The notes: generated by a model from the letters alone, not told the origin. Shown: positions 1 through 12,346, counted from the whole stretch's first letter. The stretch: 62,335 nucleotides of DNA, filler included, from Squatina squatina (GCA_031763465.1; 4 parts of 4 records of this genome joined end to end with filler, not necessarily neighbours in it); one strand, 5' to 3'. Numbers and translations: made by a program.

Positions 1-81
1 CGCTCGATCCGCACCGTGGAGCGGGCATTTGGATCTTCTGTCAAATGCATGTTGCCTTCTGAAGTGGCCTGCCACAACAAG
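1..81 (+). CDS. NANS: Sialic acid synthase, penultimate exon (5'-partial)
   Basis: Reads RSIRTVERAFGSSVKCMLPSEVACHNK, then a GTAACT donor. Matches recalled human RSVRLVERALGSPTKQLLPCEMACNEK and joins in phase 0 to the next exon. Confidence 0.93.
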
Positions 82-495
82 GTAACTTGCACTTAGAACA
101 GTTTGTGAAGAATTAAAGTCAAGCCTAAAGTGTTCAAAGCTCTTTTATTTTCCCTGCTGTGCCCTTACTTGGGTGTTAATGGATTATGCAGTGCAGGCAA
201 AGAAAGTTTAAACTGTTCTACAATGGATTTTATTTTGGGTTTAAAATCTTTATCACGTGTGGTTGTATAGATGCAGAGAAATTAGTAATTGCAGGGGTGT
301 TGGCTCTTTCCATTAACAAATGCCTGGTGTGAAAGTAGCCAGTATGATGAAGCAATTAGTGGCCATACACTCTCTGCTGTCTTCCACGGAATTATAAACT
401 TTCATCAGTATAATGTGTGGAGAGCTTGTCACATACATATTGCATGCTACCTTGCAGCAGATAAAATGGTTTTTTCCCTTTTTTTGTCTTTGTAG

Positions 496-711
496 CTGGG
501 CAAATCAATAGTAGCCAAGGTGACTATTCCAGCAGGAACAGTACTGACTCTGGATATGATGACTGTGAAGGTGGCAGAACCCAAAGGTATTGAGCCAGAT
601 GACATCTTTAAGCTGGTGGGGAAGAAAGTTAAAATCCACATAGATGCAGATGAAACAATTGCAGATGCTATGGTTCAAAATTACAGCAGTAATGGTGGCA
701 TGAAGTCCTAA
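496..711 (+). CDS. NANS: Sialic acid synthase, last exon (SAF / type III antifreeze-like domain)
   Basis: Polypyrimidine tract and TAG acceptor, then LGKSIVAKVTIPAGTVLTLDMMTVKVAEPKGIEPDDIFKLVGKKV...MKS*. Confidence 0.95.
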   Translation: MGKSIVAKVTIPAGTVLTLDMMTVKVAEPKGIEPDDIFKLVGKKVKIHIDADETIADAMVQNYSSNGGMKS

Positions 712-1027
712 GTTTACACAAGTGGTGCATGAACTAAAGATCGTGCAAGTTTTATTATTGGCAATTTAAATTCCTTCTGATACCAAATCAAGCACTCTTT
801 AATTAATTTATATATCTATTTAATTGGGAAAAGTGTCTTTTTTTTAAACACTGCTGTAACTACTGTTGTGAATCAATTAAATTAAACTCAGTGCTATATC
901 AAATACTTTTGTGTTAAAGTTCATTGTNNNNNNNNNNNNNNNNNNNNNNNNNNNNNNNNNNNNNNNNNNNNNNNNNNNNNNNNNNNNNNNNNNNNNNNNN
1001 NNNNNNNNNNNNNNNNNNNNNNNNNNN

Positions 1028-1784
<757 letters not shown>

Positions 1785-2650
1785 TTAGTTGGTCTACAGT
1801 AACAAAAGAACAACCAGACACAGCAAGGAATGAACAGCGATACCACCCTTAACTAACAAGTCCTTGCAAAATAAATAGCCTGGCCCGACATGACCATAAT
1901 ATCCATGAATAGCTAAGTATGACATAAGTGCCCATTCTCAACCTCTGCACTTCTCTAATTCTGGCCTCTTGAGCATTCCCGATTTTAATTGCTCCAGCGA
2001 TGCCCACACATCCCGAGAACAAATTAAAATACAAACAAACAACAAAAGCCGCAGTCTCAGGAGCCTTTTTGTAGAACAGGTGAAGGGAGAGGAAGAGAGT
2101 TGGAAAGGTTTGGAGAGTGAATTCCAGAGCGTTTACTGTCTAACAGTAGTTGCCCTGAGAAGGTGGTGGTGGACCTTCTTCTTCAACCACTAGTAGTTGG
2201 TTTGATACAACTGAGTGTCTTGCTAGACCACTTCAGAGGGCAGTTAAGAGTCAAGCACGCTGGAGTGGGACTGAAGTTACATGTAGGCCAGACCAGGTAA
2301 GGTTGGCAGGTTTCCTTCCCTAAAGGGTANNNNNNNNNNNNNNNNNNNNNNNNNNNNNNNNNNNNNNNNNNNNNNNNNNNNNNNNNNNNNNNNNNNNNNN
2401 NNNNNNNNNNNNNNNNNNNNNNNNNNNNNACAGCATATCCCTTCTTAGATTCAGGATATTTGTTACCCTGAGGAATATAATGCAGAGATTCACACATGCA
2501 CAGATTAGAAGAGGGGAAACACTGTAGGTAGATGGCAAAATTTTCTATTCTATTCTAATAGTATCACTGAACACCGTGTAGTCCTGGAATGTTATGTGAT
2601 AATTGGGTGCCTGTTTCACCTCCCTTTCCTCCTCTTCCAGTTTATTCAAC

Positions 2651-2740
2651 ATGGCAAACAAAGATATTGAACACTTAAATAATGCTACAAATGAAGATCA
2701 AACTTCTCAGGCAACTCTGAAAATAATGCCAGAATCACAG
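2651..2740 (+). CDS. SLC9B2: Na+/H+ antiporter NHA2, probable first coding exon
   Basis: Strong acceptor at 2640, ATG at 2651, 30 codons MANKDIEH...MPESQ, GTATGT donor. Low sequence similarity; position and 90-nt coding length fit. Confidence 0.7.
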
Positions 2741-3347
2741 GTATGTGCAAGTGTGTATGTAAAAATGTATAATTTTTTTTTTTAAAGAGCTCACTGTTAA
2801 GTGTAATCTTTAAGTCTGTTCACACTACTTAGATTGTTGGGGGCTTATTTCAAATAATTTTAATTGTGTTAAGTGTTATAACCTTTTTCCAAAAAAAACT
2901 GCTTAGCGACCCACAACCAGTTGGTTCTGCCTCTGGCTACATAGAAACATAGAAAAATAGGTGCAGGAGAAGGCCATTCAGCCCTTCGGTCCACTAATAT
3001 TTCCGGGAGATTATCTGTGTCTTCCTTAGTACATCTCAGCATATTGAGATGGATGCAAATTTACTCTCGTGCACATTTACTATTGGTTCTAGTGTATCTG
3101 TGGCTGTGCTGTGCACTGCCTGGTAAATGTAGGTGAAGCTAGTGAATGCACTTCCTGTTCATGTAACTTACTTGCCAAATAGTAAAGTACAGCTGTTGAT
3201 TTAGAATGGTTTGTTTAAAATTTTTTAAATGNNNNNNNNNNNNNNNNNNNNNNNNNNNNNNNNNNNNNNNNNNNNNNNNNNNNNNNNNNNNNNNNNNNNN
3301 NNNNNNNNNNNNNNNNNNNNNNNNNNNNNNNTCACCTTGTTTTCCAG

Positions 3348-3518
3348 TGATGATGGTGATCCTGCTGTGGGCAGTTGTCTGGTCAATTACAGGTCCAGCA
3401 TGCCTTCCTGGCGGTAATTTGTTTGGAAATCTGATTCTGTTTGTGTGTGCAGTTCTTGGAGGGAAGATTGTTGGAATGATCAAACTCCCTAATTTGCCTT
3501 CGTTACCTCCTCTTCTTG
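3348..3518 (+). CDS. SLC9B2: NHA2 internal exon
   Basis: 171 nt, CAG/GTAAGA boundaries, LLWAVVWSITGPACLPGGNLFG...LPSLPPLLG. Confidence 0.95.
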
Positions 3519-3585
3519 GTAAGAAAATGGAAGTAATAATAAATAAAATGGTGATGCGAGGTGACTAGACTTGAGTACAGAAAGA

Positions 3586-3800
3586 AAAAGAACTTGTTTT
3601 TATCATATCCCAAACCGCTTTACAACCAATGTATTGCTATTAAAGTGTGATGACTTGCTTTGTAAGCAAATACGGAGCCAATTTACACACAGCAAGGTCT
3701 CACAAACAGTAATATGGTAATGGCCGTATAATCTGTTTTCGTGGTATCTGTTGAGGAATCAACATCGTCAAGAACTTCCCTGCACTCCTTCGAAATAGCT
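3586..3800 (-). mobile_element. Deu-domain SINE (AmnSINE1/SacSINE1-like), 3' part
   Basis: Reverse complement resembles the copies at 8430-8635 and 15530-15670. Confidence 0.6.
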
Positions 3801-4322
3801 CCCTCAGGCTGCGTCACTCAATAAGATCATGGCCGATCTTCTACCTCAACTCCACTTTCCCGCCCTATCTACATATTCCTTGATTGCCCGAGAAATCTAT
3901 TGATCTTGGCCTTGAATATANNNNNNNNNNNNNNNNNNNNNNNNNNNNNNNNNNNNNNNNNNNNNNNNNNNNNNNNNNNNNNNNNNNNNNNNNNNNNNNN
4001 NNNNNNNNNNNNNNNNNNNNNNNNNNNNNNNNNNNNNNNNNNNNNNNNNNNNNNNNNNNNNNNNNNNNNNNNNNNNNNNNNNNNNNNNNNNNNNNNNNNN
4101 NNNNNNNNNNNNNNNNNNNNNNNNNNNNNNNNNNNNNNNNNNNNNNNNNNNNNNNNNNNNNNNNNNNNNNNNNNNNNNNNNNNNNNNNNNNNNNNNNNNN
4201 NNNNNNNNNNNNNNNNNNNNNNNNNNNNNNNNNNNNNNNNNNNNNNNNNNNNNNNNNNNNNNNNNNNNNNNNNNNNNNNNNNNNNNNNNNNTGAAATACT
4301 ACGGTTGCTGGAATCTGAAATA

Positions 4323-4506
4323 TAAACAAAAAATGCTGGAAAAACTCAGCAGGTCAGGCAGCATCTGCGTAGAGAAAAACAGAGTTAACGTTTCAGGTCG
4401 ATGGCCCTTCATCAGAGCGACGAAGGGTCATCGACCTGAAACATTAACTCTGTTTTTCTCTCCGCAGATGCTGCCTGACCTGAGTTTTTCCAGCATTTTT
4501 TGTTTA
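4323..4506. repeat. Long inverted repeat made of two Penelope-type terminal sequences, each with a hammerhead-like motif
   Basis: Arms 4323-4413 and 4419-4506 are near-perfect reverse complements around a 5-nt loop. The minus arm reads CTGATGA...GAAACGTTAACT. Confidence 0.85.
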
Positions 4507-4706
4507 GTTTTTTTATTATTGCATTCAACTGTTCATTTTTATATAGGTTTCTATCTCCAGTACAGTAGTGATTTTGTTGACCATATCTTTTTTCTAAACA
4601 TTGATCCATAGTACAGTGTTTTCTCTCCAAAGATGTATTTGTATTTAATTAATTTACCTAATCGCAGTTTAATCTGCAATGTATTTTCTTTGTACTTGTG
4701 TATTAG

Positions 4707-4849
4707 GAATGCTGCTTGCTGGTTTTGTTCTCCGAAATATTCCAGTTGTCAGTGAAGCTATTTACATTGACTACAAGTGGTCATCTTCCTTGAGAAGTAT
4801 AGCACTTGCAATTATCCTTACCCGAGCTGGACTTGGGCTAGATGCAAAG
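4707..4849 (+). CDS. SLC9B2: NHA2 internal exon
   Basis: 143 nt, TAG/GTAATG boundaries, GMLLAGFVLRNIP...LRSIALAIILTRAGLGLDAK. Phase matches the previous exon. Confidence 0.95.
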
Positions 4850-6160
4850 GTAATGGACCATGTCTTTCTCACCTCCATTTTGTTCATAATAAAACAAATA
4901 GGGTCACTCAAGTTAGCTATAGTTCATTCGGCTTTTACTTGTCGCACTCGCTGTTTGGTGTGGCACTGAACCATGTTGGTCCTAGGACCCACCCTTGAAC
5001 TGCATTGAGTTAGTTGATTTTAACCAGAGTAGCTGTGGTGTTCCTGGCCTGGGAAGAGGGAAATTCACAACTATGGCTTCAGTGAAGAACCGGCCTGGCT
5101 TAGCTGTGATGCCTAATCATCACATAATCTGGTCACTGCTCACACATGAAGGGCGGCCCTTTGGGCAAAGTCAACTTTTTTGTATGTTTATGTTGTTTGC
5201 AAATGTTGATATCATGCTCCTAATGCCCTTGTCCAAATGTCTCAATGTATTGAGAACAATGTGGACTCAGCATTAACCTCAGAAGTGCACCACTTCCAAC
5301 CATTATTCAATACAAGCAACATCTATTAACTTTAACTCAGTCTCACGTTTGTCAACCAACTGTGTATACCTTACCCCCCGAGATTAGTAACCAGTCTCTT
5401 GTGAGACACCTTATCACATGCCTTCTAGAAATTATCTACTGCATTCATCTATGTAAGCAGCCACTTCTTCAAAAATTCTATTATATTTGTCTACACAAAT
5501 GCATTTAATAATTCTGTGCTGGCTGTCCTTAATTATGCCAAGCATTTCTAATTTTATCTTGAGTTATGAAATTTGAGTTTACTAGCAAGACCATAAGAAA
5601 TAGGAACAGGAGTAGGCCATTCGGCCCCTTGAGCCTGCTCCGTCATTCAATATGGTCATGGCTGATCCAACTTTCTTCATGTCCACTTTCCTGCCCTATC
5701 CCCATAGCCCTTGATTCCCTTACTGATATTAGACTAACTGGTATATAGTTGCCCAATTTATCCTTTTTTCTCTTGTTGAACAGAGATGTTACACTAACTA
5801 CCCTCCAGTGCTCTAGCACAATTTACATATCTGAAAAGGATTAAAAAATTATAGTCAAAGCCTCTGCTTTCTCCTCTGACTTCTTTCAAGAGCCTAAGGA
5901 GCATGCCCTCAGNNNNNNNNNNNNNNNNNNNNNNNNNNNNNNNNNNNNNNNNNNNNNNNNNNNNNNNNNNNNNNNNNNNNNNNNNNNNNNNNNNNNNNNN
6001 NNNNNNNNNNNNCACTCAGTAACGAGGATGCAATGTAAAATGACTGGGGGAAATAGAAATAATTGCCAAATGAGTTTGTGTTCATTAATGTAAAGCTAAG
6101 AAATCAACTAATTCGGAATATATAAAATTGGATGCATTTGGTGCCGATTCTTAACATTAT

Positions 6161-6854
6161 AGCCTAGATTTTCCTCTGGGGCAGTATCGGGGAGGACTTC
6201 CAGCCACCAGCACTAACCCTGTGATCCTGACTCTCTTCTTGGTCAGGGCACCTTACATAGGGCAGGGCAGGTTTCCAGTTGCATCTCTCTCTCTCTCTCT
6301 CTTCAGAGAGAGTCTGCCACTGGAGGGGGAGAGAAGGATGATGGAGTTGCAGTGGCGACTCCGTACAGAATCCAATTTAGTGTCATTATGATTTTTTAAA
6401 TTAAGATATTTTATACCAATTAAGTAACAGTACATTTTTACTGAAATCAGTAGGTCCAGTGTTGAAGGGCACAGAAGTTCCCTAAAGATGACTGCATTAA
6501 AACTGAAAGATCTTTGAATTTTCCCATCATCAATAGAAGAGCCATTTGGAAGGTGTGGGAGAGGGGAATAGGGATCCATCTCTTAACCCTCAACCAGTTT
6601 TCCTGCCTCATTTCTTCTGCTTTTGGTCAGCATCGGTAATTCAGAGGCAGGAAGGAAGGGAAATTGGCAAGAGTCCCAAGCCCCACCTCCCCATGGTTAT
6701 TTACATGTAGCACACAATGGGGAGTGGGGGGGAAGGAAAATGTTCGACCAGTTTTGGAGACGGGACTCAGTGGTTGGCCTCCGCCCTTTTGTCCCCGGAA
6801 CAACGCTCTGGAACCTGGCAAAAATGGGCAGATTCCTGAAGGAAAATCCAGGCC
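6161..6854. mobile_element. Non-autonomous TIR element (MITE, possibly Harbinger-like)
   Basis: Ends AGCCTAGATTTTCCT and AGGAAAATCCAGGCC are inverted repeats; no coding capacity inside. Confidence 0.6.
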
Positions 6855-7211
6855 TACTTTTCTTACTTTGGGTGGCATTATACTAGCTTAAGGTGCAAGC
6901 ATTTTGAAAGTCTTGAGCAGAAATTTGCCGTATTATCTATTACTATCGCTGTTAGTCCAGATAAAAAATTATTGTCTGGAATGTAGGGGAATTCAGCAAT
7001 CTCATTCAGTAACTTAAATTCTATTTTCAGGTGACCTCAAACATGCATACATTACAGCAGTGAAAGCTTACAGCGTTACTAAAAATAAATCTGTTTCTTA
7101 GATCATTACTCTCTTCTACTGTAATTTCAAATTACTTTAGACTTCATAATACATGTATTTATATATTTTAATTTGTTACCCCTCTGCATTCTGTAATTTC
7201 CTTGTTCCCAG

Positions 7212-7387
7212 GTTTGTGATGGGTGCAGTATCGCCTGCTGTAGTTGTCCCCTGCATGCTTCTCCTTCAGAAAGAATGGTATGGTGTTGAGAAGGGAATTC
7301 CAACGCTACTTATGGCTGCAGGCAGCTTTGATGATATCCTGGCTATTACGGGCTTCAATACATGTCTTGGGATTGCCTTTTCGTCAG
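7212..7387 (+). CDS. SLC9B2: NHA2 internal exon carrying the SFDD ion-binding motif
   Basis: 176 nt, CAG/GTATGC boundaries, FVMGAVSPAVVVP...GIPTLLMAAGSFDDILAITGFNTCLGIAFSS. Confidence 0.96.
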
Positions 7388-7872
7388 GTATGCTTTGATC
7401 TGGAACAGGAGCGTCCAAACTGCTGCCCATGGGCCACATGCAGCTCCCAAACTCTGGCAAGCTGGCTGTCAGACCCAGCCCCAGTCTTGATGCAGTGCAT
7501 GAAGCAGGAAATTCCAGATTTCTGTTCCTCACTCCAGCCTTTCCCCGGCACCAGGCCGCTGCAGTTCCTTTGCGATCAGCAGCTCCTGCAGCAGGGCTTC
7601 AGCGGAGTCAGTCCGGGGTGGCGAGGTCTCTCTCTGCTGGGGCGGGAGGAATCCGATCTCCGACATGGATGCCATCATCATCCAGGAGCGTTTGGTGGAG
7701 CGACTCCTCTCTCCCAGGACTGTATCGGAAAGGTGCCGACACGCACGACTGAAGGTACGGTGAGGTNNNNNNNNNNNNNNNNNNNNNNNNNNNNNNNNNN
7801 NNNNNNNNNNNNNNNNNNNNNNNNNNNNNNNNNNNNNNNNNNNNNNNNNNNNNNNNNNNNNNNNNNTTACAG

Positions 7873-8022
7873 GAAGACCTTGTGATGACGCGTTCCTACC
7901 TCCTACTGGGTCTGGCTGTCTTTGCTATTTTTGCTACCGGAGTCTTTGGTTTCCCTGGTTCTGGAGGACTGTGTACAATTGTCATGGCTTTTCTTGCTGG
8001 GGTTGGTTGGGTTGATGGCAAG
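7873..8022 (+). CDS. SLC9B2: NHA2 internal exon
   Basis: 150 nt, CAG/GT boundaries, EDLVMTRSYLLLGLAVFAIFATGVFGFPGSGGLCTIVMAFLAGVGWVDGK. Confidence 0.93.
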
Positions 8023-8429
8023 GTAGTGTAACAGTTTACTAATTCAGCACATTGGAAGGTGGCACTTTAATTAGTTGAATCCTTTGTTAACATTTGTCTA
8101 AGCAGTGAAGAACTAACACCTGACTTAGAATAACGGTGTGATTATTAATCATTCACTGCAATCTTCCAGTCGGTATGAAGCATTAAGAAAAATATGAATA
8201 GAATGATACATCTTGAGTGCATTTGAATACAAATGGAAACAAGTTATTCTAACTTTTTATAAATCACTGATCGAGCCACATTTGGACTATTGTGCTATTC
8301 TGGGACCTATTTTCAACATGCCTTGATGTATTGAAGGGAGTTCAGAGAACACTGATGGCAGTGATGCTAGGAATGAGGACTGAAAGTATACAGGAGGTCT
8401 AGGTGCTCATGGGCCATGACTCGATGCAG

Positions 8430-8635
8430 AATATGTGCTGAATTACATAATCTGAGCTAACGCCTCAGGGCGGTACTGAATTGTCAGAGATGCAGTATTT
8501 AAGATGAGAGGTTATAGGAACGTCAATATGTTTGTTGAGATGCAGGTAAAAGATCCCGTGGCATTATTGGAAGAGCAGAGAGTTGTCTCAGTGTTCTGGC
8601 CAATTCTTCCTTCAACCAACACCACCAAAAGCTAG
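8430..8635 (+). mobile_element. Deu-domain SINE fragment
   Basis: Contains GTAAAAGATCCCGTGGCATTATTGGAAGAGCAG...GGCCAAT...CCTTCAACCAACACC, the Deu core as I recall it. Confidence 0.65.
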
Positions 8636-8639
8636 CGAT

Positions 8640-8863
8640 CTTGGCCTCTGTAAACTTTCACTCATCCAAAACTCTGCTGTCCGTATCCTATCCCCAACCA
8701 GGTCCCTATCACCGCTTTCCTTGCTGAACTTCACTGCCTCCTGGTCCCCCACTGCCTACAAAATAAAATTCTCATCCTCACGTTTAGAGGGCCTCGCCTC
8801 TCCCTATCTTTGTTACCTCTTCTGGCTTACAACCAACCTTTACCCCCTCCCACTGACTTTCCC
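8640..8863 (+). mobile_element. L2-type LINE 3' fragment
   Basis: LIQNSAVRILS...SPL... resembles the LQLIQNSAARIL motif of L2 ORF2 C-termini. Confidence 0.65.
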
Positions 8864-8963
8864 NNNNNNNNNNNNNNNNNNNNNNNNNNNNNNNNNNNNN
8901 NNNNNNNNNNNNNNNNNNNNNNNNNNNNNNNNNNNNNNNNNNNNNNNNNNNNNNNNNNNNNNN

Positions 8964-9712
8964 CATGCACTGTCGATGTCACTGGGTCCTTTTGATGTCT
9001 GGGGGCCCTGTCGATGTTACATGCCCTGTCGATGTCACAGGGTCCTGTCGAGGTCACAGGGTCCTGTCGATGTCACAAGGCCCTGTCGATGTTACGGGGT
9101 CCTGTCAGTGTCAGGGTGTCCTGTCGATGTCATGGGGTCCTGTCAGGGGACCCGGTCGAAGTCACAAGGCCCTGTCAATGTCACAAGGCACTGTCGATGT
9201 CACGGGGCCCGGTCGATGTCATGGTTTCCTGGCGATGTCATGGGGGCCATTCAATGTCAGGTGTTCTAATCGATGTCAGAAGTTCTCGCTGATGTCAGGG
9301 GTTCCTGTCGATGTCACAGGGCCCTGTCGATGTCACGGGGTCCTGTCGAGGTTATGGGGTCCTATCAGTGTCAGGGGGCCCTGTCGATGTCACGGGGGCT
9401 TGTCGATGTCAGGCGTTCTCATCGATGTCACGGGCCCTGTCGATGCCACATGCACTGTTGTTATCACGGGGTCCTGTGGATGTCAGGGGATCCTGTCGAT
9501 GTCACGGGGTCCTGTCAATGTCAGGGGTTCCAATCGATGTCAGGAGTTCCTGTCGATATCACATGCCCTGTTGATGGCAGATGCCCTTTCATTGTCAGTG
9601 GGCCCTGTCAATGTCACGGGGATCTATCAATGTCACGATGACCTGTCAATCTCAGGGGGCCCTGTACGTGTCACGGGGACCTGTCGAAGTCAGGGGACCC
9701 TGTCGATGTCAG
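8964..9712. repeat. Minisatellite, ~19-20-bp unit CCTGTCGATGTCACGGGG(T/C)
   Basis: About 38 degenerate tandem copies are visible directly. Confidence 0.95.
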
Positions 9713-10179
9713 TGAATCCCCTTGTAATAGACCTCAGTGTGACTCCAAGACTTGTTGTCATTGTCCTTAGCAACTGAAAATTATTTGCACTCTACTTCAG
9801 CAGAAAAACTTTCAAGCAGTAGTAATTTTTTGTAGTTTATTAATCACAGTAAATTATTTTAGCACACAGGGAACTACAATGTTCAAAAATAAATTCAAGA
9901 GGATCATCTCACAGTAAAAGCACAACCTAATTTTAAACAGTTCCATTAGTCTTTTTAATCATGATAGCAACAGTAAACTGCCTCAGTTATAACCACTGTA
10001 AATTTGGACAAATTACATTTGACACATTTGTTAGTGACAAATAAAGCTGTACAACTTATCTGTACAAATTTTACTCTAAAAGGTACATTTACTGGACTGT
10101 TAAAGTTCATGGTTGCAGCTTACAAATTATCTTTACATCACATGAACACATTACACCATGATTAATGAAAATAAAAAAG

Positions 10180-10208
10180 TTATACTTCTTTCTTCTTAAT
10201 TATCAATG
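10180..10208 (-). CDS. CISD2: CISD2 terminal exon, last codons only, fused to CR1 sequence
   Basis: Reads LIIKKKEV* versus recalled human GPLILKKKEV*. Lies between SLC9B2 and UBE2D3 on the opposite strand, as expected from synteny, and is followed by AT-rich UTR-like DNA. Confidence 0.6.
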
Positions 10209-10700
10209 ACACGGCCAATTTTTGTATAATCTGCAAACTTCTTAATCATACTTCCTACATTCAAGTCTAAATCATTGATAAATATACCACAAAAAGCAGG
10301 GGACTAGTACTGATCCCTGTAGAACGTCACTGGAAACAGCCTTCCTGTCACAAAATACCCATCAATCCTTTGCTTCCTGCCTCTGAGCCAATTTTGGATC
10401 CAACTTGCCATTTTGCCTTAGATCACATGGGCTTTTGCTTTCATGACCAGTCTGCCATGTGGGACCTTATCAAAAGCTTTGCTTAAATCCAACACACTAT
10501 CCTCATCGACCCTCCTTGTTGCCTCCTCAAAAAGTTAGTCATACACGACCTTCCCTTAACAAATACACGTTGACTGTCCCTGATTCATCTGCATCTTTCT
10601 AAATGAAGATTTATCCTGTCCCTCAGAATTTTTTCCAACAATTTTCCCACCACTAAGGTTTGGCTGACTGGCTTATAGTTACTTGATCTATCGCTTTCTC
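10209..10700 (-). mobile_element. CR1 LINE reverse transcriptase fragment
   Basis: LLFVVYINDLDLNVGSMIKKFADYTKIGRV, plus degenerate AFDKVPH and QSNLSGGK-like motifs. Confidence 0.85.
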
Positions 10701-10701
10701 C

Positions 10702-10894
10702 CTTTACTCTGTATCTAACCCGTGCTGTACCTGCCCTGTGAGTATTTGACAAGACAGTGTAGAGGGAGCTTTACTCTTTATCTAACCCGTGCTGTACCTG
10801 CCCTGGGAGTGTTTATAGGACAGTGTAGAGGGAGCTTTACTCTTTATCTAACCCGTGCTGTACCTGCCCTGGGAGTGTTTGACGGGACAGTGTA
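10702..10894. repeat. Tandem repeat, 66-67-bp unit, about 3 copies running into a gap
   Basis: CTTTACTCT..ATCTAACCCGTGCTGTACCTGCCCTG recurs at 10702, 10769 and 10835. Confidence 0.92.
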
Positions 10895-10994
10895 NNNNNN
10901 NNNNNNNNNNNNNNNNNNNNNNNNNNNNNNNNNNNNNNNNNNNNNNNNNNNNNNNNNNNNNNNNNNNNNNNNNNNNNNNNNNNNNNNNNNNNNN

Positions 10995-11280
10995 GTGCAC
11001 TGGAGGCAGTGTTGGGTTTCATTGTCGATGTCTGCTCTCGCTGAGGGGAGGCTCCCAAGATATGGAAAGTGATCCACGTTGTCCAGGGGCTCGCCGTGGA
11101 TCTTGATAGTCAGGGGCAGTGTTGTGCGGCGGGAGCAGGCTGGTAAAAGACCTTTGTCTTTCGGATGTTTAGCGAAAGGCCCATTCTCTCGTATGCCTCA
11201 GTGAATGAATCGACAATGGTTTGGAGCTCGGCCTTCGAGTGTGCACACACGCAAGCATCATCTGCATACTGCAACTCGAT
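10995..11280 (-). mobile_element. RTE-type LINE reverse transcriptase fragment
   Basis: IELQYADDACVCAHS...MGLSLNIRKTKV, then a frameshift into DHFPYLGSL...DIDNE. Confidence 0.88.
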
Positions 11281-12235
11281 ATAAATATATAGATGTATAA
11301 AGCCATGTTGAGAACCTCACATTTCAACCTTTGGCTGAACTCATTTCTTTTTGTCCTCCTCTTCAAATCTGCTATTCTGTGCATGGGCCCAACTCTAAGT
11401 TTGATAAAAGGAATTTCTCTTAATCCTATTTATTGAAACACTCTTCTGAGAAAAATTATGGAGCTTATCTAATGATGTAATATAAATGTAATAATTTGTA
11501 TCATCATGGGATAAAAATAAATAAGGTGTAAATTACTGGAAAATCTAAAATGAAAGCAGAGAAAGCTGGAAGTAGGTAATCAACACCTTAAAAGAACAAA
11601 ACAATTGCTTAAATTCTTTGAATAGAGGCCTTTCAACAGACTAGCAAAGGGTCTTGACTTGAATTTCCACAGAAATAATTTCTCTTTCCATATATTTCCA
11701 GCAATTTATCTGACGTCATGATATTGGCATCAATATGGCAGTTCTCCTTTACTTATATGGACAGTCTTTATGCTTGCTCTGCATTACAGCTCCATCATAT
11801 TTTCCTTTAAAAATGCATCACTTTTATGCATTAAGTTTAATCTCCCATGTCTTCGCCTATTTTACCACTCTGTCTGTCCTCCTGAAGCTTGCTACTGTCC
11901 TTCTAATTGTTTACCACATTTGCAAGCTTTGCCTCATCTGCAAACTTTGAAATTATGTCCCCTACCCCCACTTCCCTCCAGTCTGAAAAACAACCATTCA
12001 CTGAATGAATTCAATTTTTTTTTAAATCTTGAAATAAACTGGTATCAGCAAAAAAGTGATCATGAAACTGTCGGATTATGGTAAAATTGTGTATTTTGGG
12101 CACACCTTTGTATTGGCCTAATTAATGTCACCAGTTTGCAGGGTATATTTTTAATACTTTTGCTTTCAAATGGTGTGAAAGGCAAGAGTTTTGTTTCAAA
12201 TAACCACTGTTTGAAGATTGTCATTTGACCCATGA

Positions 12236-12346
<111 letters not shown>

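Noticed and set aside
3865-4329. Long ORFs in the track containing X runs, here and throughout the window
   Set aside because: They are artefacts of translating through N gaps.
7388-7766. 213-aa and 107-aa ORFs over a GC-rich tract after the SLC9B2 exon
   Set aside because: They are out of frame with the exon, one runs into an N gap, and no motif is recognisable. Probably a transposon fragment.
8965-9777. 270-aa Cys-rich ORF
   Set aside because: It is a translation of the minisatellite, with no splice signals or domain.
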